The notes: generated by a model not told the origin, from the sequence alone. Positions 1-9,286 are shown, counted from the first letter of the stretch. The stretch is 64,000 nt of DNA from Bacteroidia bacterium (GCA_017857855.1 JAFMCI010000003.1:795-64794); one strand, 5' to 3'. A program made the numbers and translations.

Positions 1-897
1 CGCAGTGCTGATATGGCTGCTGCTATTAACACCAATGGACGCAATCCCAAATATTTACGCTCGGTAAAATTTGACCTGAAAAGACTGCACGTAAGTACCC
101 ATGCAGAAGAACTCATAGATCAAAATGATCATATTCTACTGGTAACGCCTTCTGCTTTTGTGTTTGATTTACTCGATCCTATTGATGCAGCAAAATTTAA
201 AGACAAGACTGTCATTTCGGCTATTAAAGGAGTTATTCCGCACACCAAGCAAATCATAGCCGATTACCTTATCAATGTGAAAGGAGTTAAAACTAAAAAC
301 TTCTTGGTAATAACAGGACCTTGCCACGCTGAAGAAGTTGCACAAGAGAAACTAAGCTACCTAACCGTAGCGAGCAAAAGTAGAAAACAACGTGAGAAAA
401 TAGCAGAAGCGCTAAGTTGCGCCTTCATACGCGTGACCCAAACCGATGATATTTACGGGACAGAGATTACCGCGGTACTCAAAAATGTATACGCTATCGC
501 AGCAGGAATGTGCCATAGCTTAGGATATGGAGATAATTTTCAAGCGGTACTTATGAGTAATGCTATTCGCGAAATAAAAAAATTCATTAAAGCGTATTAC
601 CCCATCAAGCGAGATACGAACAAATCTGCGTATCTAGGTGATTTATTGGTTACAGGATATTCGCAATACAGCCGTAACCGAACGCTAGGTGCTATGCTGG
701 GCAAAGGCTACTCGACAAAATCTGCCCTGATGGAAATGCAAATGATTGCAGAAGGATATTATGCTGCCGATAGTATACATCAGCTCAATGAAGAACTCGG
801 TGTATCCATGCCTATACTCGACTTTGTGTACGGTGTAATTTACGAGAATAAAAATGTGAAGGAGGAAGCTATTAAACTAACCACACTATTAAATTAA
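1..897 (+). CDS. gpsA: NAD(P)H-dependent glycerol-3-phosphate dehydrogenase, 5' end cut by window edge
   Basis: Frame is open from nt 1 (upstream of the listed Met at 13). Motifs GPCHAEEVA, KNVYAIAAGM and SRNRTLGAMLGKG are typical of GpsA. Confidence 0.9.
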   Translation, partial: RSADMAAAINTNGRNPKYLRSVKFDLKRLHVSTHAEELIDQNDHILLVTPSAFVFDLLDPIDAAKFKDKTVISAIKGVIPHTKQIIADYLINVKGVKTKNFLVITGPCHAEEVAQEKLSYLTVASKSRKQREKIAEALSCAFIRVTQTDDIYGTEITAVLKNVYAIAAGMCHSLGYGDNFQAVLMSNAIREIKKFIKAYYPIKRDTNKSAYLGDLLVTGYSQYSRNRTLGAMLGKGYSTKSALMEMQMIAEGYYAADSIHQLNEELGVSMPILDFVYGVIYENKNVKEEAIKLTTLLN

Positions 898-900
898 GTC

Positions 901-1395
901 ATGAAAAAGTTTTTAGTCAGTCTTATTTACATTTCACTTGCCACCTTGGTTATGGCATACCTATTTAAAGTTATGCGTTGGCCAGGATTAGGCGAGGTGA
1001 ATATTGGCTTATTTTGGTTGCATATTGGTGCATACTTAGGCTATGCCGCATTGGTTCCTGACAAAGATTCTCGCATCCTATTTCCGATGGGTTTTCTGGT
1101 ATTTCTCCTTATTTTAAGCACGGCGGAAGTTGGTATATCCAACTCTTTTGTCATTGTTGGATTAATTGTAATGTATGTGGGTTATCATATTGCCATGCCC
1201 ACCTATTTGGGTAAATCTGAGATACCTTTTATTCAAAAAGCAGGAATTATAGGCTTGGTACTTTTAATGATTGGCGTTGTATTTAAAGAAATGCATTGGC
1301 CTAGACCAGATCTATTCTTTATAATTGGCTGCGGTACAACCTCTTTTATCCTATTGATTGCAGGATTAACCAAGGGTTTGGTGCGGCAAAAATAA
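901..1395 (+). CDS. small polytopic membrane protein with two GldL-N-terminal-like 'FK.M[HR]WP' hairpins
   Basis: 164 aa, almost all hydrophobic helices. 'LFKVMRWPGLG' (aa 21-31) and 'VFKEMHWPRPD' (aa 127-137) resemble 'LFKIMHWPGAN' of the GldL encoded at 36325. The ATG lies 3 nt after the gpsA stop. Confidence 0.6.
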   Translation: MKKFLVSLIYISLATLVMAYLFKVMRWPGLGEVNIGLFWLHIGAYLGYAALVPDKDSRILFPMGFLVFLLILSTAEVGISNSFVIVGLIVMYVGYHIAMPTYLGKSEIPFIQKAGIIGLVLLMIGVVFKEMHWPRPDLFFIIGCGTTSFILLIAGLTKGLVRQK

Positions 1396-1398
1396 AAA

Positions 1399-1430
1399 AG
1401 CCTCCCAGCATTCATCGTGCTTAGGAGGCT
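1399..1430 (-). terminator. rho-independent terminator closing the DUF2892-HMA-rhodanese operon
   Basis: agcctcc (1399-1405) pairs with ggaggct (1424-1430), with extra inner pairs. On the minus strand the hairpin is followed by a T-run (plus-strand A-run 1394-1399). Confidence 0.6.
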
Positions 1431-1454
1431 CTAACTATAAAAAAATTAAATCTA

Positions 1455-1736
1455 CTAAGACGTTTGACTCATTGCATAATCAACGTCCATCCAGCCACCG
1501 CCGTTAAAACACTCAATTCCTTGGCTTTGTAAAAAGCCTGTCGCTTGACCACTTCTGCCTCCGCTTAAGCAGCAAAGTACTATGGGTCTTTCGATGTTTT
1601 TAAACTCAGCAACTCGCTCAGGCACCTCGTTTAATGGAATATTAATGGAACCCGAAACGTTTCCACCCATAAATTCATCCGCAGAGCGCACATCTACTAC
1701 TTGCGCTCCATTTTTTAATAATTCTTGTATTGTCAT
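1455..1736 (-). CDS. single-domain rhodanese-like sulfurtransferase
   Basis: 93 aa. Active-site loop C-L-S-G-G-R-S within 'VLCCLSGGRSGQA', and a typical rhodanese C-terminal half. Confidence 0.85.
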   Translation of the reverse strand: MTIQELLKNGAQVVDVRSADEFMGGNVSGSINIPLNEVPERVAEFKNIERPIVLCCLSGGRSGQATGFLQSQGIECFNGGGWMDVDYAMSQTS

Positions 1737-1784
1737 TTTTCTTAATTGTTGTTGTTTTTATTTTTTCGACTGTGAACCAAATCA

Positions 1785-2054
1785 CTAACTCACCTTACCT
1801 ATCATGCAATTCGCATAACTCTTAGCCTTCATAAGTAAACCATTTTCAGCAGTAGCTTCTGGATAACCCATTGCACTTAATTTGGTAATTATGTGCTCTC
1901 TAACGTTGTCCTCTTGGTAATCTACGTTTATAGTCCCTTCTTCTATATTTACTTCTGTCGTGTAAACACCTTCAATCTCATTGATCTTCGCAGTAATACT
2001 CGTAGCGCAACCGTTGCACTTCATATTAGCGATGTGTAGTTTTTCAGAAATCAT
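1785..2054 (-). CDS. heavy-metal-associated (HMA/CopZ-like) domain protein
   Basis: M-K-C-N-G-C metal-binding motif and ferredoxin-like HMA length. The ATG at 2054 overlaps the upstream stop as ATGA. Alternative ATGs at 2066 and 2099 (track start). Confidence 0.75.
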   Translation of the reverse strand: MISEKLHIANMKCNGCATSITAKINEIEGVYTTEVNIEEGTINVDYQEDNVREHIITKLSAMGYPEATAENGLLMKAKSYANCMIGKVS

Positions 2055-2254
2055 TTGGTTTGACATGTATTTATTCCCAACATACTGTAAAGCGGACAAA
2101 AGTTTACAAAACTTGTTGCTGCAAAAATGACTGCGGCTATACCTAAAACAATTGCGAGCGTACCCTCAATCACATTGGTAACATAAAGCACTGCTATAAG
2201 TGTCGCTGTACTTAGCCGAATAATCCTATCCGTAGATCCCATATTCTTTTTCAT
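2051..2254 (-). CDS. DUF2892 (YgaP C-terminal-like) two-TM membrane protein
   Basis: 67 aa. 'STDRIIRL' followed by two hydrophobic helices and 'NFCPLY', the pattern of the YgaP membrane anchor family (recalled, not searched). Confidence 0.75.
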   Translation of the reverse strand: MKKNMGSTDRIIRLSTATLIAVLYVTNVIEGTLAIVLGIAAVIFAATSFVNFCPLYSMLGINTCQTK

Positions 2255-2316
2255 AGCACAAAGGTGGGCTCGCTAAATCATATAAAAGGTGACTTCTGTT
2301 ACCTTTCCTTGTGAGA

Positions 2317-4047
2317 TTAATAAATTTTGAAAACGGGTAGCCTGTTATATTCCTTTTCGTAATGCGCAGAATGCGCGTATATCCATTCGAGTTGCGCTTC
2401 GGCATCTCCAGCAAATTGGGGTTCATTTTGCTTCTTTTGTTCAAATGCTAACCGGAGCTCGCTGTTTACTGACAGCATACTTGCAGCCTTATCTTCAAAA
2501 ACATAGTCGCTGTAATGCTCCTTTTGCTGTAAAATAGCATCGAAAAAATTCCAGTTAAAATAACTATCAGGACTTTCTGGCTCCAGTAACTCAAGGATAA
2601 ATCGGTCTTTATCTGTGCCTGTATTAATCAGGTAATCTCCCTTTTTAAAGTGCCATAAAACAGTATCCTCGACCGCTTTTGATGTATGATGCAGGTAATG
2701 CTTTTCATAGGGTGATTTTACTGTTTCATAGCTCGCCATTTTATAGGCTAATACTTTCAATACCGTATCGTGTTGCAGTTCTTGTAGGCTAACGCCATTC
2801 CAACGAAGTCGTTCTTCTACATCTATAAATCCTCTACGAAGTAGATAGGCTTTAGGTTTATCCTTTTGACTAGAAGGCGACATATACCCGTAATAGCTCA
2901 TGGTTTTGTCTATGGGTTTTTGGGTATCGTAAAACAGTCTTTCTTCTCCCGTTACATCGCTTTTTTTATACCCATATTCATATCCTTTAAAGGTAAATTT
3001 ATCCGCCCTAATTTTATCTAAGGTCCAATCTATAGGCAATACTTTTGCTTGCGCTATGTAAGCCTTTTGTGCAGCACGTGTTTGTTTTAGACTTGCCGAG
3101 TTTTCATTGCAAAATTCCATCGCACTGCGCAAAAAATCATACGTAGCCTCCACCCGTTGCTTGAACGGTTTGAGCATATGTGTTTCCGTAACAAAACCAT
3201 ACATATTATGCAGTGTGGTTAAACCACTACTGTAGCGAGGTGAATCATAAAAAGTAGCATAATCATCCTTAAGCGGACCACCCCAATGATTGACATAAGG
3301 CACCATTGTTTGATTTTTAGCCGTCATTTTCAAGTTCATTTCAGGAATTAGTGTAGAACGCAAATAGGTTCCCATTGAATAGCCCAATTTATCTGGTTGC
3401 GTAGCCAAATAGGTCATGGTATACTGGTAATCTGCACCATTACTCACATGCGTCTCGATATACATATCTGGGTCTATTACTTGCAGTAATTTGGCAAAAC
3501 TCTCTGCATTGCGGCTATCGCATTTTACAAAGTCCCGATTCAAATCTAAGTTTTGTGCATTTCCTCTAAAACCGTATTCCTCAGGGCCATCTTGATTGGC
3601 TCGGCTGTGGCTATTTCTGTTGAGCGCTCCACCAATATTATAGTACGGTATACATACTACAATACAAGAGTCTAATGCCTTTTTGTTACCAAAAGCTACG
3701 TCTCTAAAAAGCATCATACTGGCGTCTACCCCATCTGGCTCGCCAGGGTGTATAGCATTGTTAATGAGGATTATGGTCTTGTGGCTATCTTTAATTTTAT
3801 CGAAGGAATATCCCTCTTTAGAAAGTGTTATCACATGCAATGGATACCCTGCATCCGTCATTCCAAATTCCGCTATTTGCACATTTTCGGTTGAGGATGC
3901 AAGTGATTTCCACCATTGAATGCCTTCGTGGTATGAAGCTGACTGTGTACCATTGGAAGTTTCAAAAAGAGTAACGGGTTTCTTAGGCGTTGGTTTATCC
4001 CAAGAAATAAATCCTGCAACCATGACTAAAAATAAAAATTTCTTCAT
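2317..4047 (-). CDS. secreted M14-family zinc carboxypeptidase
   Basis: Signal peptide MKKFLFLVMVAGF. 'NAIHPGEPDG' (HxxE zinc motif) and 'LDLNRDF' are typical of peptidase M14. Confidence 0.8.
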   Translation of the reverse strand: MKKFLFLVMVAGFISWDKPTPKKPVTLFETSNGTQSASYHEGIQWWKSLASSTENVQIAEFGMTDAGYPLHVITLSKEGYSFDKIKDSHKTIILINNAIHPGEPDGVDASMMLFRDVAFGNKKALDSCIVVCIPYYNIGGALNRNSHSRANQDGPEEYGFRGNAQNLDLNRDFVKCDSRNAESFAKLLQVIDPDMYIETHVSNGADYQYTMTYLATQPDKLGYSMGTYLRSTLIPEMNLKMTAKNQTMVPYVNHWGGPLKDDYATFYDSPRYSSGLTTLHNMYGFVTETHMLKPFKQRVEATYDFLRSAMEFCNENSASLKQTRAAQKAYIAQAKVLPIDWTLDKIRADKFTFKGYEYGYKKSDVTGEERLFYDTQKPIDKTMSYYGYMSPSSQKDKPKAYLLRRGFIDVEERLRWNGVSLQELQHDTVLKVLAYKMASYETVKSPYEKHYLHHTSKAVEDTVLWHFKKGDYLINTGTDKDRFILELLEPESPDSYFNWNFFDAILQQKEHYSDYVFEDKAASMLSVNSELRLAFEQKKQNEPQFAGDAEAQLEWIYAHSAHYEKEYNRLPVFKIY

Positions 4048-4167
4048 CCTGCAAAGCTAGACAATTTGAATTTTGACCGACAGAATTGCAACTTCATTCT
4101 GTATTTATAGCTTGAACAAAATTTATAACTTGTAATTTGAATGCGAGTACTTGACCTTTGCCCTTGA

Positions 4168-4983
4168 ATGCAAATCACTGGAAATATCAGAATGATGGAT
4201 ACCGAACTACTCCATTCGGTGCCCCAATACAAGCTCCCTATATATGATGTAATAGACTTCAAAGAGGTGGTAGATATGAATGACCTAATTGGTCAAACTA
4301 TCAGACTAGAGTTTGAAGGGCACTTCAACTCTATTATCTCTGGCGAAAAAATGACGAAGTGTTTTGGTGATGGATTAACGTATAGAGAGTTTATGGAAAG
4401 TCCTATGGCTAGTCCCAGTATCATGCGACCAGAACTGAGCCAAATACATGAAGGAATAGCACTTCGAGATTACGAATGGGAGGTAAAGCACCACTTGCAA
4501 CCACATGTTGTATATATTTCACTTACAAGCAATTACAAAGTGGGCGTAACGCGCGATACCAATATGCCTTACCGCTGGATAGACCAAGGCGCCACGCAGG
4601 CGATTGTACTTGCAGAAGTGCCTTATCGCCAACTTGCAGGACTTATAGAAGTAAGCCTAAAAGAACACATTAGCGATAAAACTGCTTGGCAAAAAATGCT
4701 AAAAGGAGTTATAAACGAAACCAAAACCATAACCGAAGTACGCGACGAAATGGCCGCACTTGTACCCAAAGAACTCTCGCATTACCTAAGCAAAACAACA
4801 GAAATTACCGAAATAAATTATCCCGTGTTGGAGTTTCCAGACAAGGTAAAAAGCATGAAATTAGAAAAAGAAAAGATAATAGAAGGTAAACTTATGGGAA
4901 TAAAAGGCCAATACCTGATACTTGACTCCGGCGTAACCAATATACGAAGTCAAACCGGGGCGCGAATAACCATAACGTATTAA
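4168..4983 (+). CDS. conserved hypothetical protein (possibly DUF2797 family)
   Basis: 271 aa. 'YKVGVTRDTNMPYRWIDQGA' resembles my recollection of DUF2797. Not verified. Confidence 0.45.
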   Translation: MQITGNIRMMDTELLHSVPQYKLPIYDVIDFKEVVDMNDLIGQTIRLEFEGHFNSIISGEKMTKCFGDGLTYREFMESPMASPSIMRPELSQIHEGIALRDYEWEVKHHLQPHVVYISLTSNYKVGVTRDTNMPYRWIDQGATQAIVLAEVPYRQLAGLIEVSLKEHISDKTAWQKMLKGVINETKTITEVRDEMAALVPKELSHYLSKTTEITEINYPVLEFPDKVKSMKLEKEKIIEGKLMGIKGQYLILDSGVTNIRSQTGARITITY

Positions 4984-5018
4984 AAGATAGAAAAAATAGA
5001 GCACGTATTTCAAAATAA

Positions 5019-5483
5019 ATGGCACAAGAAATTGAACGCAAATTCCGAGTAGCAAATGATGATTGGCGAGCAATGGCAAGCAGTTCTTCATCCCTAAAAC
5101 AAGGTTACCTAAGTTCATCGGCGGAGGCTACGGTAAGGGTCAGGCTTGAAGATAACCTTGGCACGCTTACTATTAAAAGTAAGACCAAAGGTATCACCAG
5201 AAATGAGTTTGAATACGCCATACCAGCACAAGAGGCTAAAGAGCTACTCATGCTTTGCAGCGGACCACTTATAGAGAAAACACGTTATCGCATACCTCAG
5301 GAGAATCATACGTGGGAAATCGACGTTTTTGAAGGAGACAACGACGGACTTATCATTGCCGAAATAGAATTGACTTCTGAAGACGATTATTTTGTCAAAC
5401 CTCAATGGCTGGGAGAAGAAGTATCTGGAGACTCAAGGTACTATAACTCAAACTTAGCAACCCATCCTTATGTTAACTGGTAG
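5019..5483 (+). CDS. CYTH-domain protein (triphosphatase / class IV adenylate cyclase fold)
   Basis: N-terminal E-x-E-x-K signature 'EIERKF'. About 150 aa, typical of CYTH. Confidence 0.8.
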   Translation: MAQEIERKFRVANDDWRAMASSSSSLKQGYLSSSAEATVRVRLEDNLGTLTIKSKTKGITRNEFEYAIPAQEAKELLMLCSGPLIEKTRYRIPQENHTWEIDVFEGDNDGLIIAEIELTSEDDYFVKPQWLGEEVSGDSRYYNSNLATHPYVNW

Positions 5484-5499
5484 TTACAATTTCCATGCT

Positions 5500-6300
5500 A
5501 TGGCATGGAAATCTATTCTGTTTCTGGTCACTAGTTCACTTTTTATCAGTTGTGTTTCCTTTAAACCAGCACACACCCTTCCTCCTACCACAACCTACCT
5601 AAAAAAAAGTTTTTCGAGCCCCAATTACACCTTACCTTACCGAATCCTTTATCCCAAAGGATATGATGGGACCACAAAATACCCCTTAGTGTTCTTTTTG
5701 CACGGATCTGGGGAACGCGGAACAGATAACGAAAAGCAACTGATTCATGGCGCTCAATTATTTTTAGACTCGATAGATAAATATCCTAGTATTGTTATTT
5801 TTCCTCAATGTAACCACTCTGATTATTGGGCAAATATTGAACCTACGCAACTTAGTTTACCTGATGATACAATAATTTTATTTCAAAAAATTGAACAACC
5901 AGGACCGTCTGCCACCGCACTAAATTTGCTTGTAGATAGTTTTCTTAATGAACCTACCACTGATTTAGCTAGAATATATATTGCGGGCTTATCTATGGGT
6001 GGTATGGGCACCGCACAAATATTGGCAACGCGCCCAAATACTTTTGCGGCGGCTACTGTTATTTGCGGCGCAGCGCCGCTGGATTATGTGCAGCAGCTTC
6101 GCCAAACTCCCACACAACTGTTTCAAGGAATGCAGGACAACGTTGTATTCCCTATCAATAGCCAATTGTATTACGATGCCATAAACGATGGCTCAACCAA
6201 GCACCGATTAATCCTGTATCCAAATGCGGACCATCAATCTTGGAATAACGCATTTGCAGAAACAGATTTTTTACGTTGGATGTTTGACAAGAAAAAATAG
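5500..6300 (+). CDS. secreted alpha/beta-hydrolase (carboxylesterase / predicted peptidase)
   Basis: Signal-like 'MAWKSILFLVTSSLFISC' from the ATG at 5500 (track ORF starts at 5470). 'FFLHGSGERGTDN' and nucleophile elbow G-L-S-M-G-G. Confidence 0.7.
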   Translation: MAWKSILFLVTSSLFISCVSFKPAHTLPPTTTYLKKSFSSPNYTLPYRILYPKGYDGTTKYPLVFFLHGSGERGTDNEKQLIHGAQLFLDSIDKYPSIVIFPQCNHSDYWANIEPTQLSLPDDTIILFQKIEQPGPSATALNLLVDSFLNEPTTDLARIYIAGLSMGGMGTAQILATRPNTFAAATVICGAAPLDYVQQLRQTPTQLFQGMQDNVVFPINSQLYYDAINDGSTKHRLILYPNADHQSWNNAFAETDFLRWMFDKKK

Positions 6301-6391
6301 TAAAAGTTAAACAAAACAACGTCGAATTATTTCCTTCTTTCATTTTCTGGGGTAAATTATGGTATATTCGTTATTCAAGATCTACCACATA

Positions 6392-8512
6392 ATGCAAAAA
6401 ATTATTCTATTAATTGGCCTAATTCTACCCTTCGGCTTATCGGCGCAAAATGCACTCAACTTTGACGGAACAAATGATAATGTAAATTGCGGAACCAAGT
6501 CTGCCTTTAATATTGGAGGAGATTCCATCACTATTGAGGCATGGATATACGCCAATAGTTGGAAGACCAATATATACGACGGCACCATTGTAAATAAAGA
6601 AAATAATTCAAACGACGGTGGCTTTATGCTACGCGCCGGATCTGGAGGAAAGCTGGGTTTTGGTATAGGTGCAGGAACAAACACTGGCTGGTATGAAATA
6701 AATACATCTACAGGTGTCTTAAGCCTTAATACCTGGCACCACGTTGCTGCAACCTACGATGGCAATAAATTAAGAGCCTATGTAGACGGGAATCTTGTAG
6801 ACTCCACCAGTTCATCTATCAACATCGGTGTTTCGTCCACCACGCCACTCACAATTGGTTATCACCCTGTGTATGGAAGAAACTGGGACGGAAGTATAGA
6901 CGAGGTTAGGCTTTGGGATGTAGTACGAACAAAAGCTGAACTCAATGCTAGTAAAGATGCGGAATTTTGTGGGCCTGTAAATAATCTAAAAGCCTACTAT
7001 AAATTTGATCACGGCACAGCAAACAGCACCAATACAGGCATAAATACGGTGACCGATTTCTCGATAAACAATAATACCGCTAATCTTATCAACTTTGCTT
7101 TGGCTGGATCAAGCTCTAATTGGGTAACCGGAGCTAGCCTCAGCCAATCTTCTGTTACTACGAGAGACACTATAAAACGCTGCGGTCCTTTTTATTATGC
7201 CCCAACTAATAAATACTATACATCCTCAACTTCATTTAGCCGTTCGCTCAATACTTCTTATGGCTGCGACAGCTCGGTAACCACCGTTATTATTATTAAC
7301 ACCTTGAGCACCTTTAGTATTTCTGCTGCCGTATGCGACAGTTTTATTAGTCCCAAAGGCAACGTATTTAAAACTTCTGGAACCTATTATGATATATTGA
7401 CTGCTGCAAATGGGTGTGACAGTGTAATCACCATAAACTTAAGAGTAGGTGCAGACACATCGCACATAGATACAGCGGTTTGCTATGCATATACTACACC
7501 GTATAGCAAAACAACCTATACCACCTCGGGCACTTACTTTGACTCCACAGTAAATAGCCTAGGTTGTGATAGTATACTTCAAATTAACTTGGAAATAAAA
7601 GGAGCTACATATAGTTCTGCAACCTATTACACCTGTGATTCTTTTGTAAGTCCTTCTGGAAAATGGATGCAAGCCAACAACACCTACTTAGACACCCTCG
7701 TAAATTATCGCGGATGTGACAGTATTTTGAGCATAAGTGTGCAAAGCTGGGTAACCTATGATACGCTATATCCGTCTGCCTGCAATAGTTACATTAGCCC
7801 TAGTAAAAAAACATTTACTAACACCGGTCAATACACCGATACCACAATCAATAAGAATGGTTGTTTTAACTTAATTACTATCTATTTAACCCTCTCTAAT
7901 TCTACTTCAGACAGTATTCGTATTGAAGGCTGTAAATCAGTAACAACGGCCGAAGGAGCGTACACTTTTACCTCGTCTGGGGTTTATAAATATACCTTAA
8001 CCAATGCCTCTGGATGCGATAGTTTCTTAACGATTAATGCCGTGGTACATTATTCCGACACAGCGGTTTATGAGATAAACAACAATGAGTTAGTCGCTAA
8101 TTCCACCTCTGGCACTTACCAATGGTTGGATTGTGAAAATAATTTCGCTCCGATAAGTGGTGAAACATCTAGATCATTTATAGCTAATACAACAGGCTAT
8201 TACGCCTTAGAAATAACCGAAAATAATTGCATTGATACATCGGAGTGCCATAGAATATACCTATTGGATATTGCAGACATTTCTACGCAATTTGAGCTTT
8301 ATCCTAACCCCGCTAACCGGGTAGTTTACCTTAATGTATCCAACATTGCAGGTCCAGTTAAGCTTCTGCTCATTGCCAGCGACGGACAATTAATTAAGGA
8401 ATGGGAGCACTCCAGTAATGTGATTAACCTAGGAGAACTAAATGCAGGAATCTATTTTTTGCAGGTAAAAAGTGATATGGGCATCGGAACTAAAAAACTA
8501 GTCGTGCATTAG
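6392..8512 (+). CDS. T9SS cargo protein: LamG/concanavalin-like domain + Cys-repeat modules + C-terminal sorting domain
   Basis: Signal peptide MQKIILLIGLILPFGLSAQ from the ATG at 6392. LamG_3-like 'LNFDGTNDNV', 'WHHVAATYDGNKLRAYVDG', 'IDEVRLW'. C-terminal 'ELYPNPANRVVYLNV...GIYFLQVKSD..GTKKLVV'. Confidence 0.8.
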   Translation: MQKIILLIGLILPFGLSAQNALNFDGTNDNVNCGTKSAFNIGGDSITIEAWIYANSWKTNIYDGTIVNKENNSNDGGFMLRAGSGGKLGFGIGAGTNTGWYEINTSTGVLSLNTWHHVAATYDGNKLRAYVDGNLVDSTSSSINIGVSSTTPLTIGYHPVYGRNWDGSIDEVRLWDVVRTKAELNASKDAEFCGPVNNLKAYYKFDHGTANSTNTGINTVTDFSINNNTANLINFALAGSSSNWVTGASLSQSSVTTRDTIKRCGPFYYAPTNKYYTSSTSFSRSLNTSYGCDSSVTTVIIINTLSTFSISAAVCDSFISPKGNVFKTSGTYYDILTAANGCDSVITINLRVGADTSHIDTAVCYAYTTPYSKTTYTTSGTYFDSTVNSLGCDSILQINLEIKGATYSSATYYTCDSFVSPSGKWMQANNTYLDTLVNYRGCDSILSISVQSWVTYDTLYPSACNSYISPSKKTFTNTGQYTDTTINKNGCFNLITIYLTLSNSTSDSIRIEGCKSVTTAEGAYTFTSSGVYKYTLTNASGCDSFLTINAVVHYSDTAVYEINNNELVANSTSGTYQWLDCENNFAPISGETSRSFIANTTGYYALEITENNCIDTSECHRIYLLDIADISTQFELYPNPANRVVYLNVSNIAGPVKLLLIASDGQLIKEWEHSSNVINLGELNAGIYFLQVKSDMGIGTKKLVVH
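7169..8047 (+). repeat. six tandem ~50-residue two-cysteine modules inside the LamG/T9SS cargo gene
   Basis: Recurring pattern C-x(2)-[FY]-x-[ST]-P-x(~10)-[ST]-G-x-Y-x-[DY]-x(5-7)-G-C-[DF]-S-x(3)-I at aa 275, 326, 375, 426, 475 and 525 of the track ORF. Confidence 0.6.
8285..8509 (+). other. type-A T9SS C-terminal sorting domain (CTD)
   Basis: The last ~75 aa carry the 'YPNPA' and 'GIYF..V' motifs characteristic of Por secretion tails. Confidence 0.75.
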
Positions 8513-8521
8513 TCAACATCT

Positions 8522-9286
8522 TTATTCTACAACCACCTGCAATTCGTCATAGGCTAAGAATATGCCTGCCGGAAGTTCTTTTTGTACCTCGTCATGAAAT
8601 CCCATTTGATGGCTCATGTGTATTAAATACGTTTCTTCAGCGTCTATTTCTTGCGCTAAGGCAACAGCTTGATCAAGACTAAAATGTGAAATATGTTCGG
8701 TTTTGCGAAGTGCATTGAGCACCAAAATACGAGTCCCTTTAAGCTTTTCTTTTTCGGTATCACTGATAAAATTCGCATCTGTAATATACGAAAAATCGCC
8801 TATTCTGTACCCAAAAACAGGTAGTTTGTAGTGCATTACTTCAATAGGCATCACATCAAGATCGTTGATTTTAAAATTACCATTACGAATCACATGCAGA
8901 TTTAAATTAGGCACTCCAGGATATTTATTTTCGGCAAAAGCGTAATGAAAATCATTCTTTAGCACTTTCTCCACATCTTCATTCGCGTACACGTCCATTG
9001 CTTCTTTGCTTTTCCAATTAAAACCACGTATATCATCAAATCCAGCAGTATGATCTTTGTGTCCGTGGGTAAATAGAATAGCATCTACCTTTTGTACATT
9101 TTCGCGCAGCATTTGTTGCCGAAAATCTGGCCCTGTATCAATTACGATGTTGGTATTATCCGTTTCTATTAGAATGCTGCTACGCAACCTTTTATCCCTT
9201 GGATCTAATGATGAGCAAACCTCACACTGACAAGCTATGATGGGCACTCCTTGCGATGTTCCTGTTCCTAAAAAGGTCACTTTCAT
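8522..9286 (-). CDS. MBL-fold metallo-hydrolase
   Basis: H-x-H-x-D-H motif in 'FTHGHKDHTAG'. 254 aa, PhnP/beta-lactamase-fold-like. Confidence 0.8.
   Translation of the reverse strand: MKVTFLGTGTSQGVPIIACQCEVCSSLDPRDKRLRSSILIETDNTNIVIDTGPDFRQQMLRENVQKVDAILFTHGHKDHTAGFDDIRGFNWKSKEAMDVYANEDVEKVLKNDFHYAFAENKYPGVPNLNLHVIRNGNFKINDLDVMPIEVMHYKLPVFGYRIGDFSYITDANFISDTEKEKLKGTRILVLNALRKTEHISHFSLDQAVALAQEIDAEETYLIHMSHQMGFHDEVQKELPAGIFLAYDELQVVVE

Noticed and set aside
2226-2444. 72-aa minus-strand ORF spanning the M14 3' end and the DUF2892 promoter region.
   Set aside because: It overlaps the end of the M14 gene in another frame. Its translation is basic and low-complexity and has no start context. 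It is likely spurious.
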